Assembly (NCBI RefSeq): GCF_000223395.1
Contig: NC_015931.1
Location: 1,020,001 to 1,052,000, forward strand
Origin: Pyrolobus fumarii 1A
GTDB taxonomy: Archaea > Thermoproteota > Thermoprotei_A > Sulfolobales > Pyrodictiaceae
Direction: 5' to 3'
DNA: 32,000 nucleotides
Below the pieces are notes generated by a model. It was not told the DNA's origin, did not search any database, and was given only the letters and a program-made list of their open reading frames with translations. Both the position numbers and the translations under genes were made by a program. The first letter of the stretch is position 1. Each line of letters starts with the position of its first letter. Below, in pieces: positions 1-9,082 of this stretch.

Positions 1-2
1 GG

Positions 3-404
3 CCATTATTCCGCTTACCGCTCGACTGTTGCGAGATTATCGGTGTGCCCGACGGCATCGAGTGGGGAAAGAGAGGCGTCGTGCTACTTGAGGTTAAGAG
101 TAGTTCCAGACCGGAGAGGTATGAGGGTGGAGCAGCACTCCGCAGCGCCAAGGTTCAACTAGCGAGTTACTACGCCATTCTCTCTAGTAGATGGAGAGTC
201 GAGAAGGCTATCCTAGTAGTCAAGGGCCTCGACGGTAGCATATACCGGCGCGTAGAGTACCACCCAGAGCAGCTCGAGGCTATATGGAGGACGCGTGGCC
301 TCCCAGCCGCAAGGAGACTGGCGTCATTCAAAGCGCCCTCCAGGCGCGTCAAGAGATTATGTGGGAAGTGCGAGCTAGGATTTGAGCCCCCGAGTGATAC
401 TTGA
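3..404 (+). CDS. PD-(D/E)xK nuclease, Cas4/RecB-like; 5' end lies outside the window
   Basis: The frame is open from nt 3, with no stop before the GTG at 45 used by the ORF track. Ordered motifs GVPDG ... VLLEVKSS (D ... ExK) ... QLASYY (QxxxY), plus a C-terminal CGKC pair. Confidence 0.5.
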   Translation, partial: PLFRLPLDCCEIIGVPDGIEWGKRGVVLLEVKSSSRPERYEGGAALRSAKVQLASYYAILSSRWRVEKAILVVKGLDGSIYRRVEYHPEQLEAIWRTRGLPAARRLASFKAPSRRVKRLCGKCELGFEPPSDT

Positions 405-440
405 GAAGCCTCTCGCAGATGCCTAGGATGGAGTCCGCCC

Positions 441-1433
441 TTGCTAGCAGCCAGGCTGTACGGGCCGCGTGACTTGCGTGTCGAGGATGTGCCAGAGCCT
501 AAGCCGCCGCGCGGCTGGGTACTCGTGAGGACCGTTGCTGTCGGCATATGTGGTACGGACAAGGCGTTCTACACCGGCACCTACCAGCTGTTCAGGAAGC
601 CGCTCATACCCGGTCACGAGGCTGTCGGTATTGTAGAGGAGGGTCCGCGGGAGATACAGGGAGAGCTAGTGGTCACCGAGATAAACCTGGTAGAAGACTG
701 GAGCGCGGAATGCGCCAGAGCCGGTCTGTACACGCATTGCCCGGGCTCCATCCGGAAGGTTCTAGGCATCACTATGGATGGAGCCATGGCAGAATATTTC
801 ATCTCCAAACCAGAAGCCCTCCACCCAATAGGCGACCTTGACCCAATCAAGGCGGTCTACGTGGAGCCTCTAGCCGCTGTACTGAGAGCATTCACGTTAC
901 ACCCCCTGAGGCCCGGCGAGAATGTAGCAGTGATCGGCACGGGGCCGATAGCCCTCATCTCTGCACAGGTAGCGAGACTCCAAGGTGGAAAAGTAACCGT
1001 CTATGCCAGGCGAGACTCTGTGAAGAAAAGAGTGTTTGAGAAGCTCGGGTTCCACGTAGAGACAGTAGACGAGATAGACCTGGACAAGATTGCGTGGGAA
1101 GGACTCGGGTACAGCGCGGTTATCGAGGCGACGGGCTCGCCCAGGGGGCTCGAAATAGCCGTAGCTATTGCTGCGCCCCGTGCAAGAATATACATGAAGA
1201 GCACGCATGGCTCGCTCGTGAGCTTCAATCAGACGCTAGCGGTCGTCAAAGAGTTGGAGCTCCTAGGTTCGAGGTGTGGGACCTTCAGCGAGTTTCGCGA
1301 GGCGATAAGGTTGTTAAAAGAGGGCTACATACACGTAGAGATTAGCAGCGTCTATGCGTTGAGGTACGCGAGGGAAGCGTTCGATAAGAGCCTGGAAAGA
1401 GACCAATTCAAGGTAGTAGTCAGGGCATCATAA
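441..1433 (+). CDS. Zn-dependent medium-chain dehydrogenase/reductase (alcohol/threonine dehydrogenase family)
   Basis: GICGTDK and GHEAVGIV zinc-site motifs near the N-terminus, a GTGPIALI Rossmann segment, and 330 aa length. Confidence 0.85.
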   Translation: MLAARLYGPRDLRVEDVPEPKPPRGWVLVRTVAVGICGTDKAFYTGTYQLFRKPLIPGHEAVGIVEEGPREIQGELVVTEINLVEDWSAECARAGLYTHCPGSIRKVLGITMDGAMAEYFISKPEALHPIGDLDPIKAVYVEPLAAVLRAFTLHPLRPGENVAVIGTGPIALISAQVARLQGGKVTVYARRDSVKKRVFEKLGFHVETVDEIDLDKIAWEGLGYSAVIEATGSPRGLEIAVAIAAPRARIYMKSTHGSLVSFNQTLAVVKELELLGSRCGTFSEFREAIRLLKEGYIHVEISSVYALRYAREAFDKSLERDQFKVVVRAS

Positions 1434-1650
1434 CGCGAAGCTCGTCCAAAAGGCCAGGCTCTTCACCCACTCTCAAAACTATCTTTAAATATCCAGGTCT
1501 GTGCCCTACCTTAGCATCTCGTGTTGTACGCAATGCCCACTGTACTAAGAGTGTGTTACATTCCTTCTATAGCTCCACATGGTGTTTTTAGGCTATGCGA
1601 AGAAAACATCACAATTATTCGATTGACGACATTTATTTATATCATGAGTA

Positions 1651-1660
1651 TTTTAAATTA
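1651..1660 (+). promoter_or_regulatory. TATA-box-like element upstream of the molybdopterin oxidoreductase operon
   Basis: ttttaaatta lies 31-40 nt upstream of the ATG at 1691, inside an AT-rich 250-nt intergenic region. A gaggg SD-like element sits just before the start. Confidence 0.35.
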
Positions 1661-1690
1661 CGAAAACGGAATAGTTGAGGGTAATCAATC

Positions 1691-4249
1691 ATGAGTAATG
1701 ATGGTTTTAAATTAACGCGAAGAGAGTTTCTGAAGCTAACCGCTGCGGCCAGTGCTGCTGTATCGGTTGGCGTGGCAGTCCCAAGAATCCCTAGTGTGGC
1801 TGAGCTGGAGAAAGCCGAGTTAGCTGTAGGCGACGGCATGATTCGTGAAGTAACTACAGCGTGCCTCATATGCATGCAAAGGTGTCCCATTGCTGTAGGC
1901 GTTGATAGCGAGGGCAAGATCCGGTACGTGAGATACCTCACAATGGAGGGTTATGACGAGTTCTTTGCGTGTTGTGGTAGGCCGCAGCTCATTTTCGAAC
2001 TGCCGTTCCTCCGCGAGAGGATAAAGAAGCCGTTGTTGCGGGTCGGGAAGCGGGGCGAGGGTAAGTTCAAGGAGATATCGTGGGATGAGGCTCTCCGCCT
2101 GCTAACAGAATGGATCAAGGAGTATTGGGATGAGCCTTGGCGTATTGTCGCAATGTCCAGGAGTGGCGCTGACAGTGGCTTCTTTCACACATTCTTCAAG
2201 AGTGTCGTCGGTACACCCAACGTCACTAAGCACTGTGATACTTGCCATACGGGCTTGGATTGGGCTGGATACTTCCTCTTCGGGAAGCTAGTGAGCCCGA
2301 GCAGCCTCATACCAGACTATGCTAACGCGGATCTGATTGTCATCATGGGTAGGAATCCGACACAGGGTATTGTAGCAACAGCGTGGAGCAAGCTGTTCGC
2401 CGAGTCCAGAGCCCGCAAGGCGAGACTCATAGTCTTTGATGTCAAGCGTGACAGGTTGTGCGAGCTTGCTGACCGTTGTTACATCATTCCTCCTGGGACC
2501 GACCTGGCTATAGTGCTAGCTATCATGAACGTGATACTCGAAGAGAAGCTGTACAACAGCGAGTACTTGATCAAGTGGACCAATGCGTCGATGCTGGTAT
2601 ACGAGGATACACTCGAGCCGGTAAAGATGGATGTGAACCCACTGCAGAAGGACAAGCTAACGTATCTTGTCTACGACGAGGCTACCGGAGAGTATAAGCT
2701 GAAACCGGAGGCCAAGAAGCCGGCTCTCGAGTATGAGGGCGAGTATAACGGCAGGCGGGTCAAGACTGTACTCCTTGTGTTAAAGGATGCGGTGAAGAAG
2801 TACACACCCGAGTGGGCGTCGAGAATAACGGGAGTACCCGCCGAGGAGATTAGGTGGGTCGCAAGGGAGCTTGCGCGAGCAGCTCCACGCGCGTTTATAG
2901 ACCATGTGTACAAGGCTGCCAGGTACTACAATGAGGGTATGTTCAACAGAGTACGGATGATTGTGAACGTGTTGCTAGGCTCTATGGGGGTAAAGGGAGG
3001 CATAGCATACCCAGGCGGCAAACCCAAGTTCCCATCGCCCTTTGAGGTAATCCCGATCGAGACTAGGAAGCCCGGCGGAGAGTCGATACCAGAGTATTGG
3101 AAGAAGAGGGGAGTGAAGAATATACACAAGAAGTGCTTCTCGCAACTGGTCGAGAAGACTGTTGTTGAGGGCAAGCCGTACCCAATAGGCCTCCTAATCA
3201 TATACAACGAGAACATCGTGAGCCACATTCTCGGGGCACGCGAGTTTATCGAGGCACTGAAGGACGAGAATAAGGTCAAGCACATAGTGGTCATAGACAC
3301 AACGTTCAACGAGACAGTGCTATTTGCCGACCTCGTGCTACCCACGACATTCTTCATAGAACAGGATGGTGCGACCCTCCACTATGCAAAGAAAGGTGGG
3401 CTTGGCCAGATAGTCGCGATAAAGAAGGTTGTCGACCCGCCGAAGGATGTGGACGCTAAGCCTTGCTGGCAGATACTCTGGGAGGTCGCCAAGAGGCTAG
3501 GCCTAACCAAGGCCGAGTATGATCCGAGAAAAGTGTGGGAGAAGCAAGTCGAGAAGTATGGTGGCCTCAAAGAGCTTCTCGAGAAAGGAGTCATCCCGGT
3601 AGCCAAGGGGCTCAAGTACCACCCGTGGGGCGGCAAGCCGCTGCCAACTGAGACCGGCGAGATAGAACTGATCAACGTGAAGCTCCTCAGAGAGTACCGC
3701 GAGTACCTCGGCAAGGAGTCGCCGCTCAACCCGTTGCCAACCTGGATACCGCCTGCTTGGATGCGCGAGACGGGAGGCCAACTGGCTGACGACCAGTTTG
3801 TCGTCGTAGACGCGATGAGTGCGTTGACGGCTACGAACACGTTCATGAGGTTTAGCGGGATTGTACGCGATGCTATGGAGAAGAGGAGAGAGTACGGGGT
3901 TCTCATACACACCGAGAGGGCAGCAAAGCTGGGCATACGCGATGGCGACCTTGTGAGGATTAAGGGTCCAGGCGGCGAGATGATAGCAAAAGCCATTGTT
4001 ACTGATGGTGTACATCCAACCGTCATCGTAGGCCCGCATGCTACTAACTTCGGCGAGCTGCTGCCCAAGGAGGTAGAGGTGGTCAAAGCTGACGGCAGTG
4101 TTGAACGTGTAAGAATCTTCGCTAAGGGTGGAGGCTATGGTGTGAACACCAACCTTCTAGGGCTCCCGGTGTTCGGGAAGACGCTTGTTGTCGAAGAGGG
4201 TGCACGAACAGCCCAATGCGATTTCATAGTCAAAGTGTCCAAGGCGTGA
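1691..4249 (+). CDS. Tat-exported molybdopterin (DMSO-reductase family) oxidoreductase, catalytic subunit; polysulfide/thiosulfate/tetrathionate-reductase-like
   Basis: Twin-arginine signal TRREFLKLTAAASAAV and an N-terminal FeS0 cysteine group CLICMQRC...CCGRP. It is 852 aa and is followed directly by FeS and NrfD-type subunits. Confidence 0.9.
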   Translation: MSNDGFKLTRREFLKLTAAASAAVSVGVAVPRIPSVAELEKAELAVGDGMIREVTTACLICMQRCPIAVGVDSEGKIRYVRYLTMEGYDEFFACCGRPQLIFELPFLRERIKKPLLRVGKRGEGKFKEISWDEALRLLTEWIKEYWDEPWRIVAMSRSGADSGFFHTFFKSVVGTPNVTKHCDTCHTGLDWAGYFLFGKLVSPSSLIPDYANADLIVIMGRNPTQGIVATAWSKLFAESRARKARLIVFDVKRDRLCELADRCYIIPPGTDLAIVLAIMNVILEEKLYNSEYLIKWTNASMLVYEDTLEPVKMDVNPLQKDKLTYLVYDEATGEYKLKPEAKKPALEYEGEYNGRRVKTVLLVLKDAVKKYTPEWASRITGVPAEEIRWVARELARAAPRAFIDHVYKAARYYNEGMFNRVRMIVNVLLGSMGVKGGIAYPGGKPKFPSPFEVIPIETRKPGGESIPEYWKKRGVKNIHKKCFSQLVEKTVVEGKPYPIGLLIIYNENIVSHILGAREFIEALKDENKVKHIVVIDTTFNETVLFADLVLPTTFFIEQDGATLHYAKKGGLGQIVAIKKVVDPPKDVDAKPCWQILWEVAKRLGLTKAEYDPRKVWEKQVEKYGGLKELLEKGVIPVAKGLKYHPWGGKPLPTETGEIELINVKLLREYREYLGKESPLNPLPTWIPPAWMRETGGQLADDQFVVVDAMSALTATNTFMRFSGIVRDAMEKRREYGVLIHTERAAKLGIRDGDLVRIKGPGGEMIAKAIVTDGVHPTVIVGPHATNFGELLPKEVEVVKADGSVERVRIFAKGGGYGVNTNLLGLPVFGKTLVVEEGARTAQCDFIVKVSKA

Positions 4250-4260
4250 GGTGAGAGTGT

Positions 4261-4908
4261 ATGGCTCGGTATGGTATGGTCATAGACCTCAACCGTTGCA
4301 TCGGATGTCTAGCCTGCGTTGTAGCCTGTATACGCGAGAACATCGCCAGGCAGACTGGCGAGGATGTAGTCTATCCAGAGCCGCCAGTGTTGTATGCTAG
4401 AACAAAACCGGTTCACATGAAAGGTGGCGAAAGCCTCCCATTCAGCGACACGACGGTGTTCATACAGTGTCAGCACTGCGAGAATCCACCATGTGCAATG
4501 GTTTGTCCGACGGGCGCCACGTTCGTCGACGAGTATGGAGTCGTCCGGCTTGATCACAACAAGTGCATAGGTTGTAGGGCGTGCATGATCGCGTGTCCAT
4601 ACGCAGCCAGGACCATGTATCGTGGTAGCCTGCCAGGCGAGCCGCCAAACAAGTATGGCCTGGTGCCAAACACGCCAGACAAGTGTACATTCTGCGTGCA
4701 TAGAAGAGAGGCTGGCAACTGGGTACCAGCATGCGTCGAGGCTTGTGCATTCGGCGCTAGGATGTTCGGCGACCTTGACGATGACAAGAGTGAGGTTGCA
4801 AGGATAGTCAGGAGTGGCACGGCCGTCCAGTTGCTATCGGGGCTGGGGTGTGATCCCAAGCTTTTCTACGTGCCGCCGTTGAGAAGCGCACTTAACGCAA
4901 GGAGGTGA
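4261..4908 (+). CDS. 4x[4Fe-4S] ferredoxin-type electron-transfer subunit (PsrB/NrfC/DmsB family)
   Basis: Four cysteine groups: CIGCLACVVAC, CQHCENPPCAMVCP, CIGCRACMIACP, CTFC...CVEAC. It starts 11 nt after the catalytic subunit stop. Confidence 0.9.
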   Translation: MARYGMVIDLNRCIGCLACVVACIRENIARQTGEDVVYPEPPVLYARTKPVHMKGGESLPFSDTTVFIQCQHCENPPCAMVCPTGATFVDEYGVVRLDHNKCIGCRACMIACPYAARTMYRGSLPGEPPNKYGLVPNTPDKCTFCVHRREAGNWVPACVEACAFGARMFGDLDDDKSEVARIVRSGTAVQLLSGLGCDPKLFYVPPLRSALNARR

Positions 4909-6077
4909 GCCTCATGAGTAAGGTGCTCGCACTCATACTAATCGGTGTAGTGCTCTCAGCGCTATTCGCCTATGGGGTCTACAGCTACCAGGTTGCAACG
5001 GGCGGCGCGCCGCTAGCACTAGCAGCATGGGGTGCAATGGTAGCCGGCTACACCTTCTTTGCGCTAATGTCTGGCGGCGTCTTTGACTCGCTAGCGATAG
5101 AGGCCGCCATACTAGGCAAGAGAGATGCGCTCAAACTAGCCAGGAAGCTTGTATGGCTTGCGCTCGCCACGCTGATACCCGGTATACTGCTAGTGTTCGC
5201 GGATCTAACGATGATGCAGAATAGTATGTGGATATGGCTAGGATTCAATCCAGCCTCTAGAATAGCGTGGAACGGCGTACTATACCTGCTGTACGGCGGC
5301 TTTGCACTAGCGACACTACTATACGTCATAATGAGGGGCGAGGAGAGCCTAGCGACGAGGACAGGTAAGCTACTGTTGCTGGGCGGCCTGGCGGCCAGCA
5401 TACTGCTAGAATACAACCTGGGAATGGCGTACGGCGTTAACTTTGCAGTGCCAGGCTGGTGGGCGGCACCCACCGGCATACTGTTCGTGGTGCTAGCGTT
5501 CCTGCTAGGCTCTGCCTGGACGCTTCTAGTGATGGAGACCATAGGCCCTGGCGGCGAGGACGCAGTCAAAGCATGGGAGGAGTACAAGAAGGGTACAGTG
5601 CTAGAGATGGGGTTGGCCGCAGCAGCACTTCTCTACATACTGCTCTGGGTCACGGTACAACAACTAGCATGGACCCCCGCATCGACCGTAGTATCGATGG
5701 GCACCGGGTATATCGCGGCGGTTATCGCTGTTGTTGTGCTAGCAGGGCTAGTACCGCTAGCCGTGGCTGCAGCACGCGTCAAGAGCAGGGGCACACTAGT
5801 GACGGTAGCTACGCTCGTAATCATAGCAGTGCTAGTATATATGATATTCCCGTTCAACACGGTGCCGCAACTCGCAAGGATAGATGCACTGGCGACATAC
5901 GCTAGCCTAGAGAGCTACGTGCACATAGAGGAGGTTGTAGCAGAACTACTAGCGTACACAGAGATACTAGCCGTCATAGGAGGTTTCGGTGTATTCGCCC
6001 TCCTCTACGGTCTAGGCTTGAAGCTGTTGGCCCTCGAGCCCGGCGAGAAGCCGAAGAGACTGATAGTCTTCCGCTAA
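4905..6077 (+). CDS. NrfD/PsrC-type polytopic membrane anchor (quinol-interacting subunit)
   Basis: 390 aa, almost entirely hydrophobic helices. The GTG start overlaps the stop of the FeS subunit by 4 nt. It occupies the third position of a Psr-like ABC operon. Confidence 0.8.
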   Translation: MSLMSKVLALILIGVVLSALFAYGVYSYQVATGGAPLALAAWGAMVAGYTFFALMSGGVFDSLAIEAAILGKRDALKLARKLVWLALATLIPGILLVFADLTMMQNSMWIWLGFNPASRIAWNGVLYLLYGGFALATLLYVIMRGEESLATRTGKLLLLGGLAASILLEYNLGMAYGVNFAVPGWWAAPTGILFVVLAFLLGSAWTLLVMETIGPGGEDAVKAWEEYKKGTVLEMGLAAAALLYILLWVTVQQLAWTPASTVVSMGTGYIAAVIAVVVLAGLVPLAVAAARVKSRGTLVTVATLVIIAVLVYMIFPFNTVPQLARIDALATYASLESYVHIEEVVAELLAYTEILAVIGGFGVFALLYGLGLKLLALEPGEKPKRLIVFR

Positions 6078-6089
6078 CACTCCCCTCCA

Positions 6090-6135
<46 letters not shown>

Positions 6136-6176
6136 TTGCTTCTCGTATAGAAACGCGGTTACCTGGCTGGTTGTTT

Positions 6177-7466
6177 CTAGTCGGGCTGGGGTAGCCTCCC
6201 TGATATGATACGCGATTCTATCTTCTCGAAGGCGTCGGTATCTAGAAGCCCGTGGCCACTCAGGTTGAAGACTATGACTGTGTCCTGTGGCGCTCTCTTC
6301 GCGATATCGATGACTGCTCTGATGGCGTGGGTTGATTCTGGTGCTGGGATGATACCCTCGCTGCGTGCAAACAGCTTGCCCGCCTCGTATACCTCCTCTT
6401 GTGTATAGGCACGTGCTTCAATGTAGCCGAGTTTCCTTAGCAGGCTTAGGCTTGGCGCGGCTCCGTGGTATCGTAGTCCAGCAGCGTGTATAGGCGGGGG
6501 TACGTAGTCCTTGCCCAGGGTGTACATCTTTGCTAGTGGCAGGACGAGGCCAGTGTCTAGTCCGTCGTAGCGGTACTCGCCTTTCGAGAGCCTCGGTACA
6601 GCTGTAGCCTCTGCGGCTATGAATCTGGTCTTCTCGAATCCCTCGCTACGAAGCTTCATTCCTAGAGCGGGGTACGAGAAGCCGCCCATGTTGCTCCCGC
6701 CGCCTACACATGCTATCATATAGTCCGGCTCTTCGGGCAACTGCTCCAGCACCTCCATGCCTATCACAGTCTGGTGTGTGAGCACACTCTCGAGTACAGA
6801 GCCAGCAACATACCTCCTATCGTTGCTTGACAGGACGTACTCCACGGCCTCGGTTATGGCGAGCCCCAAGCTGCCCGGGTGCTCCGGGTTCTCCCTGAGC
6901 GCTCGTCTCCCTGCTTCAGTGACCTCACTCGGGCTCGGGTGTACCGTGGCGCCAAGAAGCTGCATTAGCAGCCTGCGCTGCCTCTTGCTATGGTAGCTCG
7001 ACCTGGTCATGAATATGGTTGCTTTCATACCGAGTATCGCGGCTGCTGTAGCCACGGCGAGCCCCCATTGCCCGGCACCAGTCTCGGTCGCAACCTCGTT
7101 AGCACCGTCAAGCTTCGCGTAGTACACCTGGGGTATCGCGGTGTTGATTTTGTGGCTCCCGGTGGGCAACGCACCCTCGAACTTATAGTATATACGCACT
7201 CTTCCATGCACGCCAAGCGCCTTCTCTAAACCCTCTGCACGGATGAGTGGTGTCGGCCTCCCAACCTTCCTGTAAGCCGCCCTAACCTCGTCCGGTATAT
7301 CGAGGAACCTTGAGAGAGTGTACTCCTCGTCGATAAGCCTCGATGGGAGTATGCGCACCAGCAGCTGTATCCTGGAACCCTCGTCATCGAGAGGATCTAT
7401 GAGCGGGGGGAGCGGCACCGGGAGGTCAGCCACAATGTTATACCAGCGTGAAGGCACGTCAACCAC
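6177..7466 (-). CDS. trpB: Tryptophan synthase beta-subunit-like PLP enzyme, TrpB2 type
   Basis: PLP-lysine motif TGSHKINTA, GGGSNMGG phosphate loop, a long N-terminal extension and 429 aa length typical of TrpB2. No other trp genes are nearby. Confidence 0.9.
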   Translation of the reverse strand: MVDVPSRWYNIVADLPVPLPPLIDPLDDEGSRIQLLVRILPSRLIDEEYTLSRFLDIPDEVRAAYRKVGRPTPLIRAEGLEKALGVHGRVRIYYKFEGALPTGSHKINTAIPQVYYAKLDGANEVATETGAGQWGLAVATAAAILGMKATIFMTRSSYHSKRQRRLLMQLLGATVHPSPSEVTEAGRRALRENPEHPGSLGLAITEAVEYVLSSNDRRYVAGSVLESVLTHQTVIGMEVLEQLPEEPDYMIACVGGGSNMGGFSYPALGMKLRSEGFEKTRFIAAEATAVPRLSKGEYRYDGLDTGLVLPLAKMYTLGKDYVPPPIHAAGLRYHGAAPSLSLLRKLGYIEARAYTQEEVYEAGKLFARSEGIIPAPESTHAIRAVIDIAKRAPQDTVIVFNLSGHGLLDTDAFEKIESRIISGRLPQPD

Positions 7467-7515
7467 AGCTTACGACCCACACCTCACCCACGCAACACCC
7501 AGCCTATAACATAGT

Positions 7516-8061
7516 CTAGCTCTTCCCCTGGCCCCCTGGCTGTTGTTGCTGCTGTTGAACACCCATCCTCTTTGCGATCTCCTCGGCGCGTTTCTGTAAA
7601 TCTGGGGGTGCCATGAAGGGCTCCTCTTTCACAACGAAATCCTTGCGGAGCGGATAGACACCAGGCGTCCAATCCGGCGGGAGGAGTAGATGCCGGAGAT
7701 CTGGGTGCCCCTCAAACTCTATCCCAAACATCTCCCAGTTCTCCCTCTCCTGGAGCTCCAGGCTAGGCCATACCTTAACCAAGCTCGGGATGCGAGGATC
7801 GCTCCTCGGAACCTCTAGACGAACAAAGACTAGTCTATGCGGGTTAGAGTACGACTCTACAACATAGGTTACCTGTAGCTTCCCCTCCTTCGGGAGGTCA
7901 ACAACAGTCAAACTAGCAACGTGGTCATAACCCTCCTCGACTAAGACCTCTGCAACCCTCTCAAGCCTCTCTACGCTAGTCTCGAGTATAAGGTGGCCAT
8001 CCTTCTCTGCAAGCTTGCCTAGCGTAGCAAGCTTTGATTTAAGGCTCGTGTTCTCTCCCAA
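7516..8061 (-). CDS. NuoC (30 kDa subunit)-like protein, orphan, with a Gln-rich C-terminal tail
   Basis: Signature ERENWEMFGIEFEGHPDLRHLLLP; 181 aa. The tail reads MGVQQQQQQPGGQGKS. Confidence 0.75.
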   Translation of the reverse strand: MGENTSLKSKLATLGKLAEKDGHLILETSVERLERVAEVLVEEGYDHVASLTVVDLPKEGKLQVTYVVESYSNPHRLVFVRLEVPRSDPRIPSLVKVWPSLELQERENWEMFGIEFEGHPDLRHLLLPPDWTPGVYPLRKDFVVKEEPFMAPPDLQKRAEEIAKRMGVQQQQQQPGGQGKS

Positions 8062-8141
8062 GAGGCTACCCTGTTGGTCTTCCAGGATGGGAGTAAAAAG
8101 AGGGTGAGGCGTCGCGATGTGTGAATTGCTTGGATCGAACC

Positions 8142-8372
8142 TTACTCTATATGTATGATGTTAACCGGGCAGCTGTTAGCAGCGTTCTCGACGCACTCCT
8201 TGTACTGGTCTGGAACCTCGCCTACGCTCGGATCGTTGGGGTCAGCGCGGAACTCCTTCTTAATGGAGGCCTTGCCGTCGTTCGGGTCCATCTCGAACAC
8301 GTCAGGACAAAGGCTGACGCACACCATGTCAGCGATGCACTGGTCGCGGTCGATCTTCACGCGGATGGGCAT
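8142..8372 (-). CDS. Single-cluster [4Fe-4S] ferredoxin of the Pyrococcus furiosus type (Cys-x2-Asp-x2-Cys ... Cys-Pro)
   Basis: DQCIADMVCVSLCPDVFEM ... KEC ... NSCPVNIIHIE. Asp sits at the second ligand position, and two further Cys are positioned like the Pf-Fd disulfide pair. Confidence 0.9.
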   Translation of the reverse strand: MPIRVKIDRDQCIADMVCVSLCPDVFEMDPNDGKASIKKEFRADPNDPSVGEVPDQYKECVENAANSCPVNIIHIE

Positions 8373-8614
8373 GTTGCTCGCCCCTCGGCGGTTTAAGGCA
8401 CCTCCGTACCAGGATAAGAGTCTAGCCTCGAAATGCGGACATGTAAAGTTGGAGCGTGTTAACCAGACGATATCCGGATTGTATTCTGCTATAGGTGGTT
8501 ATTTGACGGATAGACGTCTAGACGTGTGTATTTACGGTCAGTACGTATTGTTTTACGTCACTTTTATCCTCGGGTGTTTTGTTTCAACGTTATTACTTGG
8601 GGTGGTCGGGTCCA

Positions 8615-9082
8615 ATGATAGACCCGAAGGGGCTACTTATCGTATCAACTGCTATTGCGTTGGTGAGTGTTGTTATAGGCATGGCCTTCGCGAGCAGTAG
8701 CATAGAGGTTGTAAAAGCTTGCATAGTTGAGCGTGGTGCGCATCACTCGATACTCTTAGAGTTGAACGTTGGCGGTTTGCATAGCTTGAGAGGCGTCTGG
8801 GTTAATGGCGAACGAATAGAGATGACGAGCCCGATTGTCATAACTTCGGGTCGCGTAGTGTTGCTTATCGAGAGTATGAGCTCAGTAAGAGTATTCCCAA
8901 GCATCGATGCAGCAATGAGGTACATTATGTCGCCGGATTACAGCCTGTTTCCAGGCAGACCGCTGCCAGACGCAATCGTATACCATGTTAGGCTTGTGTT
9001 CGACTCGGGGCTAGTAATAGACTATGTAATCAAGAAGGGTGATCAGGTCGGTGATAGGGTTGTGGTATGCCGCTCTTCATAG
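8615..9082 (+). CDS. Hypothetical secreted/membrane protein with a class III (type IV pilin-like) signal peptide
   Basis: ATG at 8615 gives MIDPKG|LLIVSTAIALVSVVIGMAF, a short charged N-terminus, KG, then a hydrophobic helix. The ORF track's longer start at 8579 is less likely. Confidence 0.4.
   Translation: MIDPKGLLIVSTAIALVSVVIGMAFASSSIEVVKACIVERGAHHSILLELNVGGLHSLRGVWVNGERIEMTSPIVITSGRVVLLIESMSSVRVFPSIDAAMRYIMSPDYSLFPGRPLPDAIVYHVRLVFDSGLVIDYVIKKGDQVGDRVVVCRSS

Noticed and set aside
2926-4086. Long minus-strand ORFs (2926-3357, 3382-4086, 3503-4039) inside the molybdopterin subunit gene
   Set aside because: They are antisense to a strongly supported 852-aa gene. Their translations are S/T/P-rich and low-complexity with no motifs, which is typical of shadow ORFs in GC-rich coding DNA.
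8121-8700. Plus-strand ORFs 8121-8396 and 8155-8700 overlapping the ferredoxin gene
   Set aside because: The minus-strand ferredoxin has an unmistakable motif set. The plus-strand products have no motifs, and one runs across an obvious promoter region.
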